In this document: positions 1 to 15,743 of the stretch, one piece after another
Position numbering within the stretch: position 1 is the stretch's first letter
How the letters are laid out: each line of letters starts with the position of its first letter
Assembly (NCBI RefSeq): GCF_009914755.1
Contig: NC_060930.1
DNA from: the human T2T-CHM13v2.0 reference genome, Homo sapiens
DNA: 64,000 bases
Direction: 5' to 3' (one strand)
Made by a program: the position numbers and the translations under genes
The notes under the pieces: generated by a model
Databases searched by the model: none
Told to the model about the DNA's origin: nothing
The model's input: only the letters and a program-made list of their open reading frames with translations

Positions 1-477
1 GAAAATAATAAAATAAAGTGGAGGAATATGCATCAAAGGTGCATACATTGAGAGGCATTTAGAAGCCTGTAAAACTCAAACTTCTTATGTATCTAATAGC
101 CTAACCTGAAATGATAGTAATAATCATAACCATAACCAATTCTGTATTTCTTGAGTTACTGCTAAGTGTCAGGCACTGAAAAATTTTTTAAATTACTTTA
201 TTTGATAATTTAGTCACTAAAACAAAATTGTTAGGTTGGCATGACTGTCCCCATTTTACTGGCGAGGGAACCTATCCCCACAGTCAAAGAGTTGGGATTC
301 TAGTATGGTTTAGCCAAATGAAGAGTTCAAAATGCAAATAACAGTGAAACATCAAGATGTCTTAACTAGACTTAATTTAGAATTTTTTTTTTTTGGTTTT
401 CAAAAAGAAAATATATTTGAAACTATTTTTTTTTGGGAATTACTCTAACATTGTACAGTTATTGACCATACGGCTAA

Positions 478-2626
478 TGATATGGTGTGGCCGTTTTCCC
501 ACCCAAATCTCATCTTGAATTATAGTTCCCACAATCCCCACGAGTCATGGAAGGGGCACAGTGGGAGGTAATTGAATGTCAGGGGTGGTTATGTCCATGC
601 TGTTCTCGTAATAGTGAGTGAGTTCTCACAAGATCTGATGGTTTTATAAGGGGTTTTCCCCCTACTTTGATCTGCACTTCTCCTTGCTGCCGCCTTGTGA
701 AGAGGGATGTGTTTGCTTCCTTTTCTGCATGATTTTAAGTTTCCTGAGGCCTCTCCAACCCTGCAGAACTGTGAGTCAATTAAAACTCTTTCCTTTATAA
801 ATTACCCAGTCTTAGGTATGTCTTTATTAGCAGTGTGAGAATGGACTAATATAGTAAATTGGCACTGGTAGAGTGGGATGCTGCTATAAAGATACCCAAA
901 AATGTGGAAGTGACTTTGGAACTGGGTAACAGGCAGAGGCTGGAACAGTTTGGAGGGCTCAGAAGAAGACAAGAAGATGTGGGAAAGTTTGGAACTTCCT
1001 AGAAACTTGTTGAATGGCTTTGACCAAAATTCTGATAGTGATATGGACAGTAAAGTCCAGGCTGAGGTGGTCTCAGACAGAGATGAGGAACTTGTTGGCA
1101 ACTGGAGCAAAGGTGACTCTTGCTATGCTTTAGCATAGAGACTGGCAGCATTTTGTCCCTTCCCTAGTCATCTGTGAAACTTTAAACTTGAGAGAGATGA
1201 TTTAGGGTATCTGGAAGAATAAATTTCTAAGCAGCAAAGCATTCAAGAGGAAGCAGAATATAAAAGTTTGAAAAATGTGCAGCCTGACAATAGAATAGAA
1301 AAGAAAATCCCATTTTTCTGGGGAGAAATTCAAGCCTGCTATGAAATTTGCATAACAAGAAATGAAATGTTAATTACCAAGGCAATGGGAAAAATGTCTC
1401 CAGAGTATGTCACAGACCTTCATGGAAGCCCCTCCCATCATAAGCCCAAGGCCTAGGAGGAAAAAATGGTTTTGTGGGCTGGGCTCACCCTCCTGTGTGC
1501 AGCCTAGGAACTTGGTGCCCTGTATCCCAGCTGTGCCAGCCACTGCTAAAAGTGGCCTGGGTACAGTTCAAGCCTTGGCTACAGAGGGTGCAAGCCCCAA
1601 GCCTTGGCAGCTTCCCATGGTGTTCAGCCTGCAGGTGCACAGAAATCAATAATTGAGGTTTGGGAACCTACACCTAGATAGCAGAGGATGTATGGAACTC
1701 CTAGATGTCCAGGCAGAAGTTTGCTGCAAGAGTGGGCCACTGTGCACCTGGAAAAGCCACAGACACTCAACACCAGCCCATGAAAGCAGACAGGAGGGGG
1801 CCTGTACCCTGGAAAGCCACAAGGACAAAGCTGCCCAAGGCTGTGGGAGCCTAACTCTTGCATCAGCATGTCCTGGATATAAGACATGGAGTTAAAGGAG
1901 ATCATTTTGGAAATTGAAAGTTTAAGGACCATCCTATTGGATTTTGAATTTGCATGGGTCCTGTAGCCTCTTTGTTTTGTCCGATTTCTCTCATTTAGTA
2001 CAGATGCATTCACCCAATGCCTGTACCTTCATTGTATCTAGGAAGTGACTAACTTGCTTTTGATTTTATAGACTCATAGGTGGAAGGGACTTGCCTTGTC
2101 TCAGATAAGACTTTGGACTTGGACTTTTGAGTTAATGCCGGAATGAGTTAAGACTTTAGGGGATTGTTGGAGGGCATGATTACGTTTTGAACTGTAAGGA
2201 CAAGAGATTTGGGGGGGGTCAGTAGTGGAATGATATGGTTTGGCTGTGTCCCCATTCAAATCTCATAAAATCTCACCTTCAATTGTAGTCCCCATAATCC
2301 CCATGTGTAATGGGAGGGACCAGTGGGAGGTAATTGAATCATGGGAGCCCATTACCTCCATGTACCTCCATGCTGTTCTCATGATAGTGAGTGAGTTCTC
2401 ACAAGATCTGATGGTTGTATAAGAGCCTTTTCCCCCTTTTGCTCTGTACTTCTCCTTGCTGCTGCCATATGAAGAAGGATGTGTTTGCATCCCCTTCCAC
2501 CATGATTACAAGCTTCCTGAGGCCTTCTCATCCCTGTGGAACTGTGAGTCAATTAAACCTCCTTCCTTTATAAATTACACAGTCTCAGGTATGTCTTCAT
2601 TAGTAGTGTGAGAACAGACTAATACA
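478..2626 (+). mobile_element. THE1C-type MaLR LTR retrotransposon with two LTRs (5' LTR 478-853, internal 854-2230, 3' LTR 2231-2626)
   Basis: Both LTRs start TGATATGG and end CTAATA(T/C)A. The internal region starts GTAAATTGG..AGAGTGGG as in THE1-int. Flanks GCTAA/GCTAC fit a 5-bp TSD with 1 mismatch. The internal part is shortened by a deletion near 1738. Confidence 0.92.
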
Positions 2627-5600
2627 GCTACCTTTACTAAATTCACCTGTAAACAAACTGTCATGTAAATACTATGGATTTCCATTCATGAGGGAAAATG
2701 ACTGAAGACACTTGCTTTTCCACTGTAAACAATTTTAAAACTGAACCAAATATGTGAACATAAAAAACCTTTTTGTTCAGTTATTGGACAAAAAAATACC
2801 CAGACTCTGATCCTTGAACTTAAGGAAACAAATGAAGTGAGCAGCACTCTCACCCTGGCCACCTTCTTAGGAACATTTTCCACCCTGGTTTAGGAAGGTG
2901 GAACTCAAGCAGTGAGCTGCAGTCTTGTTGAGCTGAGGAGGAAGAAAACAGAATGCATTAAGTTTATTTTAGAATTTTTTATTTGTTTGCTGCTTATTTT
3001 CCGCAGAATATTTTTATGAGAGAAGTGTGTATTAGTTACTGTAAGAGAGTATCTTGAAGGCAGCATCTTTGTGAAAGCAGGATTACTGAAAAGTAAGGAA
3101 CAAATTAACTCATTAAAAGAAACTAGAATGGAAGCAAACGCAAGACTTAGAGTTGAAGTATATGAGTTTAGCGTATGCCATTCTCTGCCCTCTTGGCTTC
3201 TTTGTGAACCACGAAAAAAAGTACAGTGCAGGCAATGAGCGAGTCATTGCAGTTACCAGAGATGGAACATTTATTAGGACAAAGAGTGTGGGAGAAAGTC
3301 TTCAGTAAGTTGGTGATTTATTACGTATTTCTGATTTAGAATTTTATTAGTGTCACACCCAACAACAAAGTTAGCTGAGACACAAAGAAAATGAAAGAAT
3401 GTGGCTGGTGTAACAGAGAGAAGGTGAAGAAAGACACGTATTAGAACAGCACAGAGCTTTGCTTAGAAAAAAAAAAAGGTGCTGGGAGGCGTGGGTTCAA
3501 AATGAGGACACACTTATCTATTTGAGAACCTAGTTAGAAGAAAGAAGACATGCCAAAGATGACTTTTTCTGACTTTATGATTTCTTGAGGTTAACTTCAC
3601 TAATTATAGTAAAAATCAATGGGAGAAAAGTGAGGACTTTGAAGTCACAAATCAGTCATTACAAATCTTTTTTCATTCCCCCACCTCACAGAGGAGTTCC
3701 CTGGCTGTACAGCGCTCATAGCAGGACTGTGTCTATAGAAAGTTGTAATAAATACTCTTTGATTCAAATACAACTAAATTGAATGGATGTGAGTTGAATT
3801 GATTTGAATCAAATTAAATGAACCCAAACTGCAAGAGAAACAATTTCTAATTTAGATAATTTGAAAAAGAGTCTAGAAAATTACATAGTCTAATATCCTC
3901 TGATGAGAGATGAAGATTACAACACACTTTTAAATGAAATTCAAGAGCATGCACACCTAATTGGTGGCACACATAGGACCAAGTTCTAGTTTTCTAACTT
4001 TCTGCCCAAACTTACCTTCACTATGCCACACTATATAAGATCTTTGTGACCTACAAATATAGATAATAATAATAATAATAAAAGGTGAGTGAAGAGGAAA
4101 ATAATTTTTACATCTATAACTAAAGGTTGCAGAGCTATGTTGGATGAAGAATAGATTGTGAAGACTAAAAGTCACAATTCTATAATATGGCTTTAACTTT
4201 CAAAGAAGAGGTGATTTAGACAGACTAGTTGCACATGCTTTTATAATCTGAGGAAAATTATGTTGATGCTATGAATAAACACATAGATGTATTAAAAATA
4301 AAATGAATTAATGACCTCATTGTAATTTATTCAATTATCATAATTTCTATCACTAGTGTCAAATTTTTACACAATGAACTCTGATGAAATCAGCCATAAT
4401 AATTTAACTAAATTCATCATCTTCACTATTTAGGTTCAATACTGGCTGCCTTAAAATCAATCAAGATAATGTAAAAACAAAACTGAATGTGAAAATATTA
4501 GTTTGTGATAACAATAGGCAATATCCAAAATTTGTAGTGGCACAGATTAAATGTGCTTAATGGCTTGAGAAGAGATTATGACTTTAAAAGTTAATTTGTC
4601 TTTCTACTACTCCAGTTTGATGCCTTAGAAACATTTTATGAAGCAAAGTTTTTAGATTTTGTAACTCAGAAAAGGCCTATTTATATTTAAGTAGTTCTCT
4701 GAGAAGATATCAAATTTTACAACATTTTTTGTAACCATTGGGTGGATATTTCTTTATGCAGGTATTACATGTAAGGAATATTTGTACGGGAGATTTAATA
4801 AAGACAGTATTTGCAAAAAGTAATTACTTGTCAGGCTTCAGTGATTCCTAATCTGTCCACAGTGGGGCAGCACTCTACAGGAAAATTAAAATCATATCCT
4901 AAATAAAATTCTACCTGTAGTGAAGTGGTAACACAGACTGTTCTATATAATGTGATCATCACAGTTTGTGTCAGATGGGGAAAGGGAGGGTTAAACATCT
5001 AGATACAACTAACTTATACTAAAATGGTTAACACAACATAGTGCCCTCATAATTGGACTTTAAAAAATCACAACAGGACCCGACAAATATTTCTATATTG
5101 TAAATGTGTTCTGTTTTTATCTTTTTCCCAACTGAATGTTTTTTTCATAAATGTGAAACTTTAAACATTTTGCACCTGATGTAAACAACACCTGTCACTT
5201 CTTATCAGCAAACAAATTTGGTAATCAATATAAAGAAATTGTAGAAAATACTAAATCAAAAATATTATCAAATAATGGGGAGAAAAAAAGTTGTTTAAAA
5301 TTTTTCTTGGGTGTTTAAAACTTTTCAAAATGTATTTGCTTTTCAATGATGTATATTTGTGTAATTGTTCTTTACTTGATAACAAATTTTGGAAATAAAA
5401 GTATCACCCATTATAAATAACATAGACAAATCTTAGCATGTCATTGAATCAAGTGTCTTCAAACATATAAAAGCCCTTTGCTGTACTCTAAGATATAATT
5501 AAGGAGCCCTAATCAAATTCAGAAATAATTTCTTTCAGAGGAAAGTCTATTCCCTATAATAATAAATAATATTATTTACTATTTTATTTAAAGATATATT

Positions 5601-5669
5601 ATATATATATATATATATATAGGGCGAGGGAGAGAAATAGAGTTTACGAACCACTTAGTGCTTACTAAG

Positions 5670-6560
5670 CATGAGTGTTCTCTATATTGGCTACACCACC
5701 TTACTTTCTCACCAGCAGTGTACAAGGTTTCCCTTGTTTCCCTTTTCTCCACATTCTTGCCAGCACTTGTTATCTTAGGTTCCACAGAAATTTAAAAACA
5801 GAATTACCATATGATCCAGCAATCGCACTTCTAGGTATACACCCAAAGGAATTGAAATCAGTATCCCAAAGAGATACCTGCCCTCCCAATCACTGCACCA
5901 CTATTTATAATATTCAAAAAGTAGAAGTAGCCTAAATGTTCATGGATGGATGAATGAATGGATACAGAAAACATGATATATACACACAATTGAATATTTA
6001 AAAAGGAAGGAACCATTGAACATTAAAAAAGGAAGGAAATACTGCCATTTGCCACAACATAGATGAACATGGAGAATAAAATGCTAGGTGAAATAAACCA
6101 AACACCAAAGGACAAATATTGCGTGATCCCATTTATATGAGGAATCTGCAATAGTCAAATTCATAGAAGCAAATATTAGAACGGTGGTTTCCAGGGGCTG
6201 GGGGCAGGGGAAAATGGGAAGGTATTTGCCAAGGGTTATAAGTTTTAATTTCACAAGGTAAGTCCTAGATATCTACTGCACAGCATAATGTCTATAATAA
6301 ACAATACTGTATTAAAAACCCAAACATTTGTTAAGAGGATATACCTTATGTTAAGTGTTCTTTATCATCATCATCATCATCACTTCATCATCATAATTAA
6401 CAAAGATGATAGAAGAAAACTTCTGGAAGAGATGGATAGGTTCATGGCATAGATTGCAGTGATGGTTTCACAGGTGTATATGTATCTCCAAACTCAAGAA
6501 GCTGTATATATTAAATATATACAAGTTTTTGTATGTCAATTATAACCTCAACAAAATTGG
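5670..6560 (+). mobile_element. Old L1 (L1MB1/2-like) 3' end with 5' inverted segment (about 5670-5777 minus, 5778-6560 plus)
   Basis: ORF2-end motifs (CCATATGATCCAGCAATC, ELPYDPAIALLGIHPKE) and an L1MB-type 3' UTR. The reverse complement of the upstream segment is contiguous with the plus segment in L1 consensus order. Confidence 0.75.
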
Positions 6561-6940
6561 TTTTAGACATTGTCAAGGGCTGTTCAAAACCCGTTATATA
6601 TGGTATTCGTTTTGAGACTCTTCTGAGTGATTTGCACTCTTCAAATCCACTTCTGGTTTAACACAGTTTAATAGCGGCTGTCTATGCCTTTCTGCCTCTC
6701 AATATTCCTCTCTATTTTATCTAGCTACACCTATAACTCTTATCTATGGTAATCATCTAAGTTGCTAGTTTCAGTCCATCTTACTCCCAGAACTGATTCT
6801 ACAACAATTCATGTCCTCCTACTACCCCTTCCTTCTTCCACAGCTGACCTACCCTGGTTTCTATACATCTGCCCTTCTGGCCAATCCAACAATCCAACAT
6901 GGGGTCCATTATATCCATTATATTTCTGATGTTTCTTTTT

Positions 6941-7245
6941 GTATTTTGTTTTTGTTTTTTTTTTTTGACAGAGACTTGCTCTGTCGCCAGGCTGTAGTGC
7001 AGTGGTGCGATCTCAGTCACTGCAACCTCAGTCTCCAGGGTTCAAGCGATTCTCCTGCCTTAGCCTCCCGGGTAGCTGGGACTACAGTCACCTGCCACCA
7101 TGCCCAATTAATTTTTTTTGTATTTTTAGTAGAGACGAGGTTTCACCATGTTGGCCAGGATGGTCTCTATCTTCTAACCTCGTGATCCACTGGCCTTGGC
7201 CTCCCAAAGTGTTGGGATTACAGGCGTGAGCCACCGCTTCTAGCC
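6941..7245 (-). mobile_element. AluSc-like SINE
   Basis: T-rich tail, TGTCGCCAGGCTG diagnostic, both arms present. Confidence 0.93.
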
Positions 7246-7360
7246 TTCTCGTGTTTTTTAATATGTACAACATTCCTTAATGAATGAGCTGCTTTTATGA
7301 AGCTGAAACGTATCTAATAACAAAGACAAAAAGGAGAATGGATAAAGAATGTATTGAAAG

Positions 7361-7677
7361 GGCTGGGCACGGTGGCTCACGCCTGTAATACCAGCACTTG
7401 GGGAGGCCGAGTCGGGTGGATCACCTGAGGTCTGGAGTTCGAGACCAGCCTGGCTAACCTGGTGAAACCCCACCTCTACTAAAAATACAAAAAATTAGCC
7501 GGGCGTGGTGGTGGACGCCCGTAATCCCAGCTACTCAGGAGGCTGAGGCAGGAGAATTGCTTGAACCCGGGTAGGGGGAGAGGGGCGGAGGTTGTGGTGA
7601 GCTGAGATCGTGCCATTGCACTCCAGCCTGGACAACAAGAGAGAAACTCCGTCTCAAAAAAATAAAGAAAAAAAAAA
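7361..7677 (+). mobile_element. AluSq/Sp-like SINE
   Basis: GGCTGGGCACGGTGGCTCAC start, CAACAAGAGAGAAACTCC end, A tail, TSD-like AATGTA(T/C)TGAAA. Confidence 0.93.
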
Positions 7678-7689
7678 TGTACTGAAAAG

Positions 7690-9050
<1,361 letters not shown>

Positions 9051-9744
9051 TATTCACCCAATTTTATTTTCTGCCTATTAATATTTTATTGTATATTTTA
9101 TCAACACTTAGATTACAAAGTATATATGATCAAACTTTTAGGGAACATTTTTACAATGTCTTAATTTTTTCTTTGCATTGTCACTTGCAGATGTCTTCAT
9201 AACAATCCATTGTTTAATATGCTATAATGTACCTTTAAAAAATGGTTTAAGTTGTTTTTCCTTTTCCCTTTTGTTGTTTTATCAGGTTCTGGAGATGGAT
9301 GACTTTAACTTACACACTTATTGTTTGTGTATTCTTGACTAACTCACCTAAGATCTAAGCCTAAATAGTCTTCCCTGTTAATGGAAATTAAAAAGAAAGG
9401 GGCAATGAGGTTTTTACAAGGTTGAAATGAGGTGATGTACATAAAAGTTTTAGCATAATACTTGGCACATAGTAAGCACTGAGTGAACGGTAGCCAATTT
9501 TATTCAAACTATTACCATAAACATAGTTGTAGATAATTTTTGTGCAAATTTATGAGGTTTTTGCTCAGGAGAAATCTTAAAGGTAAAATAGCTGAGTCAA
9601 AGGTATAGTCATAAAATTTTTGATAGCTATTACTAAGCTGTCAATAGGGAATATTAGCAATGCAGTAAAGATCCTTTTGCCTAAGGCAAATGAAATGGCT
9701 TTCACTCCCTTTCTTTACCAGCTTTGGATATGTTAGAGATGTAT

Positions 9745-10230
9745 TTTTATTTTTTAAATTTGTATTTACTACGTATACATAATAGTTGTAAATATTTATG
9801 GGGTACACCTGATATTTTGACACAGCAAAAAATGTGTAATGATCAAATCAGGGTAACTGGGATATTCATCACTTCAACACAATGTTCCTTTGTGTCAGGA
9901 ACATTCCAGTGCCATCCTTTTAGTTATTTTTAAGTGTCCGATAAATTATTGTTATCTGTTGTTGTTCTATTGTACTACAGAACACTCAATCTTATTTCTT
10001 CTTTCCAACTGTATGTATGTACGCATTAATCATCCCCTCTTTGTCCTTCCCCCAAGCTACCCTTCCTAGCCTCTGGCATTTTACATCATTCTATTCTTTA
10101 TCTCCAGGAGTTCAATATATTTTTTTTTAGCTCCCACATATTAGTGAGAATGTCTTTCAGTGCCTGGCTTATTTCACTTAACATAATATCCTCCAATTCA
10201 TCAACGTTGTTGGAAATAACAGGATTTTAT
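9745..10230 (-). mobile_element. L1MA-type 3' end
   Basis: TATTTATGGGGTACA, AATGATCAAATCAGGGTAA and GCTCCCACATATTAGTGAGAA motifs of the L1MA 3' UTR in antisense. Confidence 0.8.
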
Positions 10231-11394
10231 TAAAATGAAACAATACCAACTTTCTGGAAATGTGTACATTAAATATTGACAAGACATCTCTACATATTTT
10301 TCTGTGTTTTTTCATTTTTTTGCAGTAAGCTTATATTACTTACATAATCAAAAAATATTATTTATAAACATTAAATACTGAAACAAGTTTTTTTGCAGAT
10401 GTTATTACTGTATTGTGTATCTAGAAAAGAGAGTTAACAGAAATACTATTATAACTAAGAAGATAATTAAGTGACCACATACAAGATGAACATATAGAAA
10501 TCAACAGTTCTGTATACCATTAATCCGTGATTAAAAACTTTTAAAGAAGTTTATATTCAGGCGAAAATAATCATTTTAATGAAATATATATTTTCTAGAT
10601 TCTTAATCTAGAGCCATTACATCATTCCTTCAAAGGCTATGTTTTAGTAATATATTTGTTATAATTACTTTTCATTGTAATTATATGTTTAATGTATTAA
10701 AATATTATTCTGAGATGGAATTTATAGGATTTACCTATGCAAAGATATTAGATAATGGTACAAAGAAAAGGTTTAAAAATGCTGAATATTCTAGAGAATT
10801 ATATCCTGTTTTATTTTATTTGAACTTTATATATAAGTGTAATTAAACATACAGTATAACATATTTAATTTTGAATATCTAGAAACGTTGCATCACTTAA
10901 TAATTTATAAATTTATGAAACTAATTTCAGAAATTATATGTTAGAATAAATTGGAAGCTTCTTTAAAGACATCTGTCTTCTTACTTCAAGAATAAAGTGA
11001 TCTGGCTTAAAATTTTTAGCATGAAGAAAATAATTCAAATGTTGATAATATTTGGTGGAGATTTGTTTTAAAAATATATTAGTTTGTTTGCCTTTTTATA
11101 GAAATTTGACAGGGTGACAGGACAATTTCTTAAGGCAACAGTGGTATTTTTATATTTGTGTGACTAAGAAATTATTTACATGTTTTGAGTGCTATTAACT
11201 TAACTATCCATGTGATCTCTACTTGAAACTCTAAAATTGATTCTACTTCTCAGTTTTGAGTACCCTCCTAAATTTATTCATAAACAATGTTCCTTTTTAT
11301 TGTCCAACTAGTATAGATTTTTTTAGGAAAATCCTTTCCTTGGTTTGATGACTCTCCAATTCTTCAGCCAGTTGTTTCTGGTATATAAATCACT

Positions 11395-12560
11395 TTCAAT
11401 CAATACCAAAAAGATGTCTCAAAACCACAAATTTACATGCAAATTAAATGACCTACTCCTGAACAAATTTTGGATAAAGGCCGATATTAAGGCAGAAATC
11501 AAAATATTTTTTGAAATGAATGTAAACAAATACACAACATAACAGAATCTCTGGGATATAGCTAAAGCAGTGTCAAGAGGAAAGTTTATAACACTAAATG
11601 CCTACATGAAGAAGTTAGTAAGATCTCAAATTAACAACCTAACATCACACCTAGAGGAACGAGAAAAACAAGAGAAAACCAACCACAAAGGTAGCAAAAG
11701 AAAATAAATAACCAAAATCAGAGCTGAACTGAACAACGGAGATATGAAAACCCATACAAAATACCAGAAGGCCAAACATTTGTTCTTCAAAAGTATAAAT
11801 AGGATTGATAGACTGCTAGCCAGATTAATAGATTAATACAGAAAAAAAGAGAAGATCCAAATAAACACAACCAGAAATGACAGACAACACATTACCATGG
11901 ACCCCAGAGAAATACAATAAACCCTGTTATAAACTACAAACATGAAAGGAATGGATAAATTCCTGGAAACATACAGCCTCCCAAGATTGAACCAGAGAGA
12001 AACCAAAATCTTGAACTTACTGATAATGAGTTCTGAAATTGAATCAGTAATTTAAAAAAAAACCCTACCATCCAGAAAAAGCCCTAAAGCAGTTGGATTC
12101 ACAGCTTAATTCTACCAGATGCACAAAGGTGAGCTGGTAGCAATCCTACTGAAATTATTCAAAAAAATGGAGATGGAGCTACTCCTCCCTAACTCATTCT
12201 ATCAGGCCAGCATCATTCTGATACCAAAACCTGGGAGACACAGTGAAAAAGAAAGTTTCAGGCCAGTAGTCCTGATGAACATAGACATAAAAATCCTCAA
12301 GAAAATACTAGCAAACCAAATCCAGCAGCACATTAAAAAAATAATCCACCATGATAAAGTAGGCTTTATTCCTGGGATGCAAGGCTGGTTTAACATATAC
12401 AAATTAGGAAATGTGATTCATCACATAAACAGAATTAAAAACAAAAACTGTGTGATTATCTCAATAAATTCAGAAAAGGCTTTGATAAAATTCAACACCC
12501 CTTCATGATAGAAACCTCAACAAACTAGGCATCAAAGAAGCACACCTCAAAAGCCAACAT
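11395..12560 (+). mobile_element. Internal ORF2 fragment of an older primate L1 (L1PA15/16-L1PB-like), no 3' UTR
   Basis: ORF 12119-12508 translates to [18 protein letters not shown]...[12 protein letters not shown] (L1 ORF2 Z/RT region). Homology stops abruptly near 12560. Confidence 0.88.
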
Positions 12561-12699
12561 TGAAAAGTAAAACTAAAATTAGAAACAAGGAAACAAATTT
12601 AAAAACCCAAATAATGTGTTTTGCAGGAACTAAAACTAGATCCCAAGTGCCAGTAAGCAAGAATGTTACTTGCTCCTGAGGTTACTCTCCCATTCTCCT

Positions 12700-12733
<34 letters not shown>

Positions 12734-12786
12734 AAAAAAACCTCACAAAAATAAAGTAAACAAAAGCCAAACAACTATTCTAAACT

Positions 12787-13170
12787 GTATCAGGTATATT
12801 ACATTAGATAACAAACAATTTTGAAATGTTCATAATATTGAAAACCAAATGTTTGCTTTTCACTCACTCTACTTGTCTGAATAGAGTGGCCAGGGGCTGT
12901 GTTCCTCATTATCACTCAGGCATCAAGGCCGATGTAGCATCCATGTTGACGCATTCTTCCACAGTTACTGAGGAAGGTCAAAGTACAGCTGGCATTCAGG
13001 AGGAGTGCTCCAGCTTGGAGGTGACACACACCACTTCTGCCCAAAACTCATTGACCAGAATTAGAAGTCTGGTCCCATTAAATCACAAAAGGGCAGGAAT
13101 TTGGTGCTTCATGGTGCCCAGAAGAAGATGAGAATCAGGTATCAATGAACAGCTGTATGTTGACCATGTA
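12787..13170 (-). mobile_element. MLT1-type (MLT1K/L-like) LTR
   Basis: GGTGACACACACCACTTCTGCCCA...TTGACCAGAA and GTGCCCAGAAGAAGA motifs typical of old MLT1. Confidence 0.6.
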
Positions 13171-13652
13171 AATATTTTTCTTCTTTTCTCTCCTCTACTG
13201 CCATCTCACACTTTCTGAGCAAGAACTTGCCTCTTCTTTTTTCACAAGGAAAAACTAAAACTACAAAGTATGAATTCTCTCAGATGCCTTACTCCAGAGT
13301 AACTAAATTACTGTAACTCCACTCATCTTCAGCCGCTTTATTCTGGTCTCAAAGGGATGTCCCGACTCCTGGGAAAAGATATTCCTCTCACTGAAGTTTA
13401 CTTTCACTCCATTTCTTTAAAGACCCTGCTTCATCCATAATTTAATTTGATCCAGTATTATAAATTTCATCATCACTTATGTACCTTCCTTCCAGTCTGT
13501 AAACAAGTTCAATTATCTCACTTTCATAAAACTTCTCACTACGTTCTTGTACTCTCTCTTTCCATAAATGTGGAAAAATGGTACTTTATAATTTTTTTCT
13601 CTTTTTAATTGTGAAAGATTACACATATAAAAGTGTTTATTTTATACATATC

Positions 13653-13700
<48 letters not shown>
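13653..13700. repeat. (TCTA)12 tetranucleotide microsatellite
   Basis: Direct read: 48 bp of perfect TCTA. Confidence 0.97.
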
Positions 13701-14149
13701 GGTTTTCATAATAAGAGAATGCCTCTATACATGGAATGTAAGAAATATTATAATACCCAGCCCTTTGAAGTCACCTTGTGTCACTTTTCTACTTAAACCT
13801 GTAGGAAGCCATTTGTAAAATTTTGAGATACTTATCTCCTTGCTATTCTTTGATAGTTTTAGCAAACACGTATATTCCTACTAAGAGCATTTTCTTTTAT
13901 TTTTTACTATACTCATTTATAACTGTAATCCTACCACATGTATGATTCTCTATTCTTTGCATATTCTCTCAATATATAATTGTAAGGTTGAAATCTGTGG
14001 GTGCATTTATCCACAATTCATTGAGTTATACTGCTGTAGAAAATTCCATTGTTTGATATCTTATAATTTTGTTTTTGTTCATTCTACTGTTCACATACCT
14101 TTCGGTAGTTTCAAGGTTTCTTTTTTTGTTATTACTGACACTAACATTA

Positions 14150-14460
<311 letters not shown>

Positions 14461-15436
14461 TATATATGGTATTACGAATATTCTGTCTCAGATATTCAAA
14501 ACAAGATAAACTATTCTCTAAGATTTGCACATGAAAATGAAATTTTTGGGTCATCAAGTATATATATGTTAAACCTTACTTAGTAATGACAGGTTATCTT
14601 TCATAATGCCTCAATCAGTTAACACTCCCCAACCATAGGATATAATTTCTGTTGTTGCACAACACTGCCAACATTTAGTATTGTAACACATTTTACATTT
14701 TTATAAATCTACAAGGTGTGAATCATTTCATAAGAATTTTAATTTGCATTTTTCTAAGCATTAATATGGTTGAATGTTGATTCATATTTTATTGAACATT
14801 TATGTTTCCTTTCCTCTGTAATACCTGTTCAAGACTTTTGCTCATTTTTCTATTAAATCATTAGGTTTAAAATAAATAGGTGTTTTGCATATATTCTATA
14901 TGCTACGCTATTCTATTTAGAACTATTTACATTAAAATGCTATTTCCCAGATTATGGTTTATCTTTTCACATTTCCTAGTGACTTTTGACAAATAGAAGT
15001 TTTTTTTTTAAGTATCAAAATTTTCAATATTTTTCTTTATGGTTTTCACTCTTTAAATATCATGAGTTCTTACCCTAGGGATGTAAAGATATTCTCCTAT
15101 GTTTTCTTTTTAAATATGTCTTCCAAAATTATTTGTCATAGAGGAGAGATCACATTGTATTTTTTCAAGTACCCAGATGTCCCAGTACAACTTATAGAAT
15201 AGTGAATTTTCCCCAGAGATCTTCAGTGTTGGCTGTCATATCATGTTTCTGTTTTATTAGCCTAATCTCATATTCCTATGACAATAAACTTTGCTATACT
15301 TTCTTAATAAACATTTTCTTAATTTTCTTTTAACAAGTCTTGATAAGTAGTTGGCCTACCCTCTTTCCTCAAAGAGATAATCTTTTTAAAGAGTGTTGAT
15401 AATTTTTGGCATTTGAACTTTTATATATATACATAT

Positions 15437-15743
<307 letters not shown>

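Noticed and set aside
802-2490. Cluster of ORFs up to 129 aa
   Set aside because: All lie within THE1 LTR or internal sequence; fragmented MaLR remnants, not a gene.
2650-2735. Minus-strand exon-like unit with TTTACAG acceptor and CAG|GTGAAT donor
   Set aside because: Stops in all three frames and no independent support; cannot be distinguished from chance.
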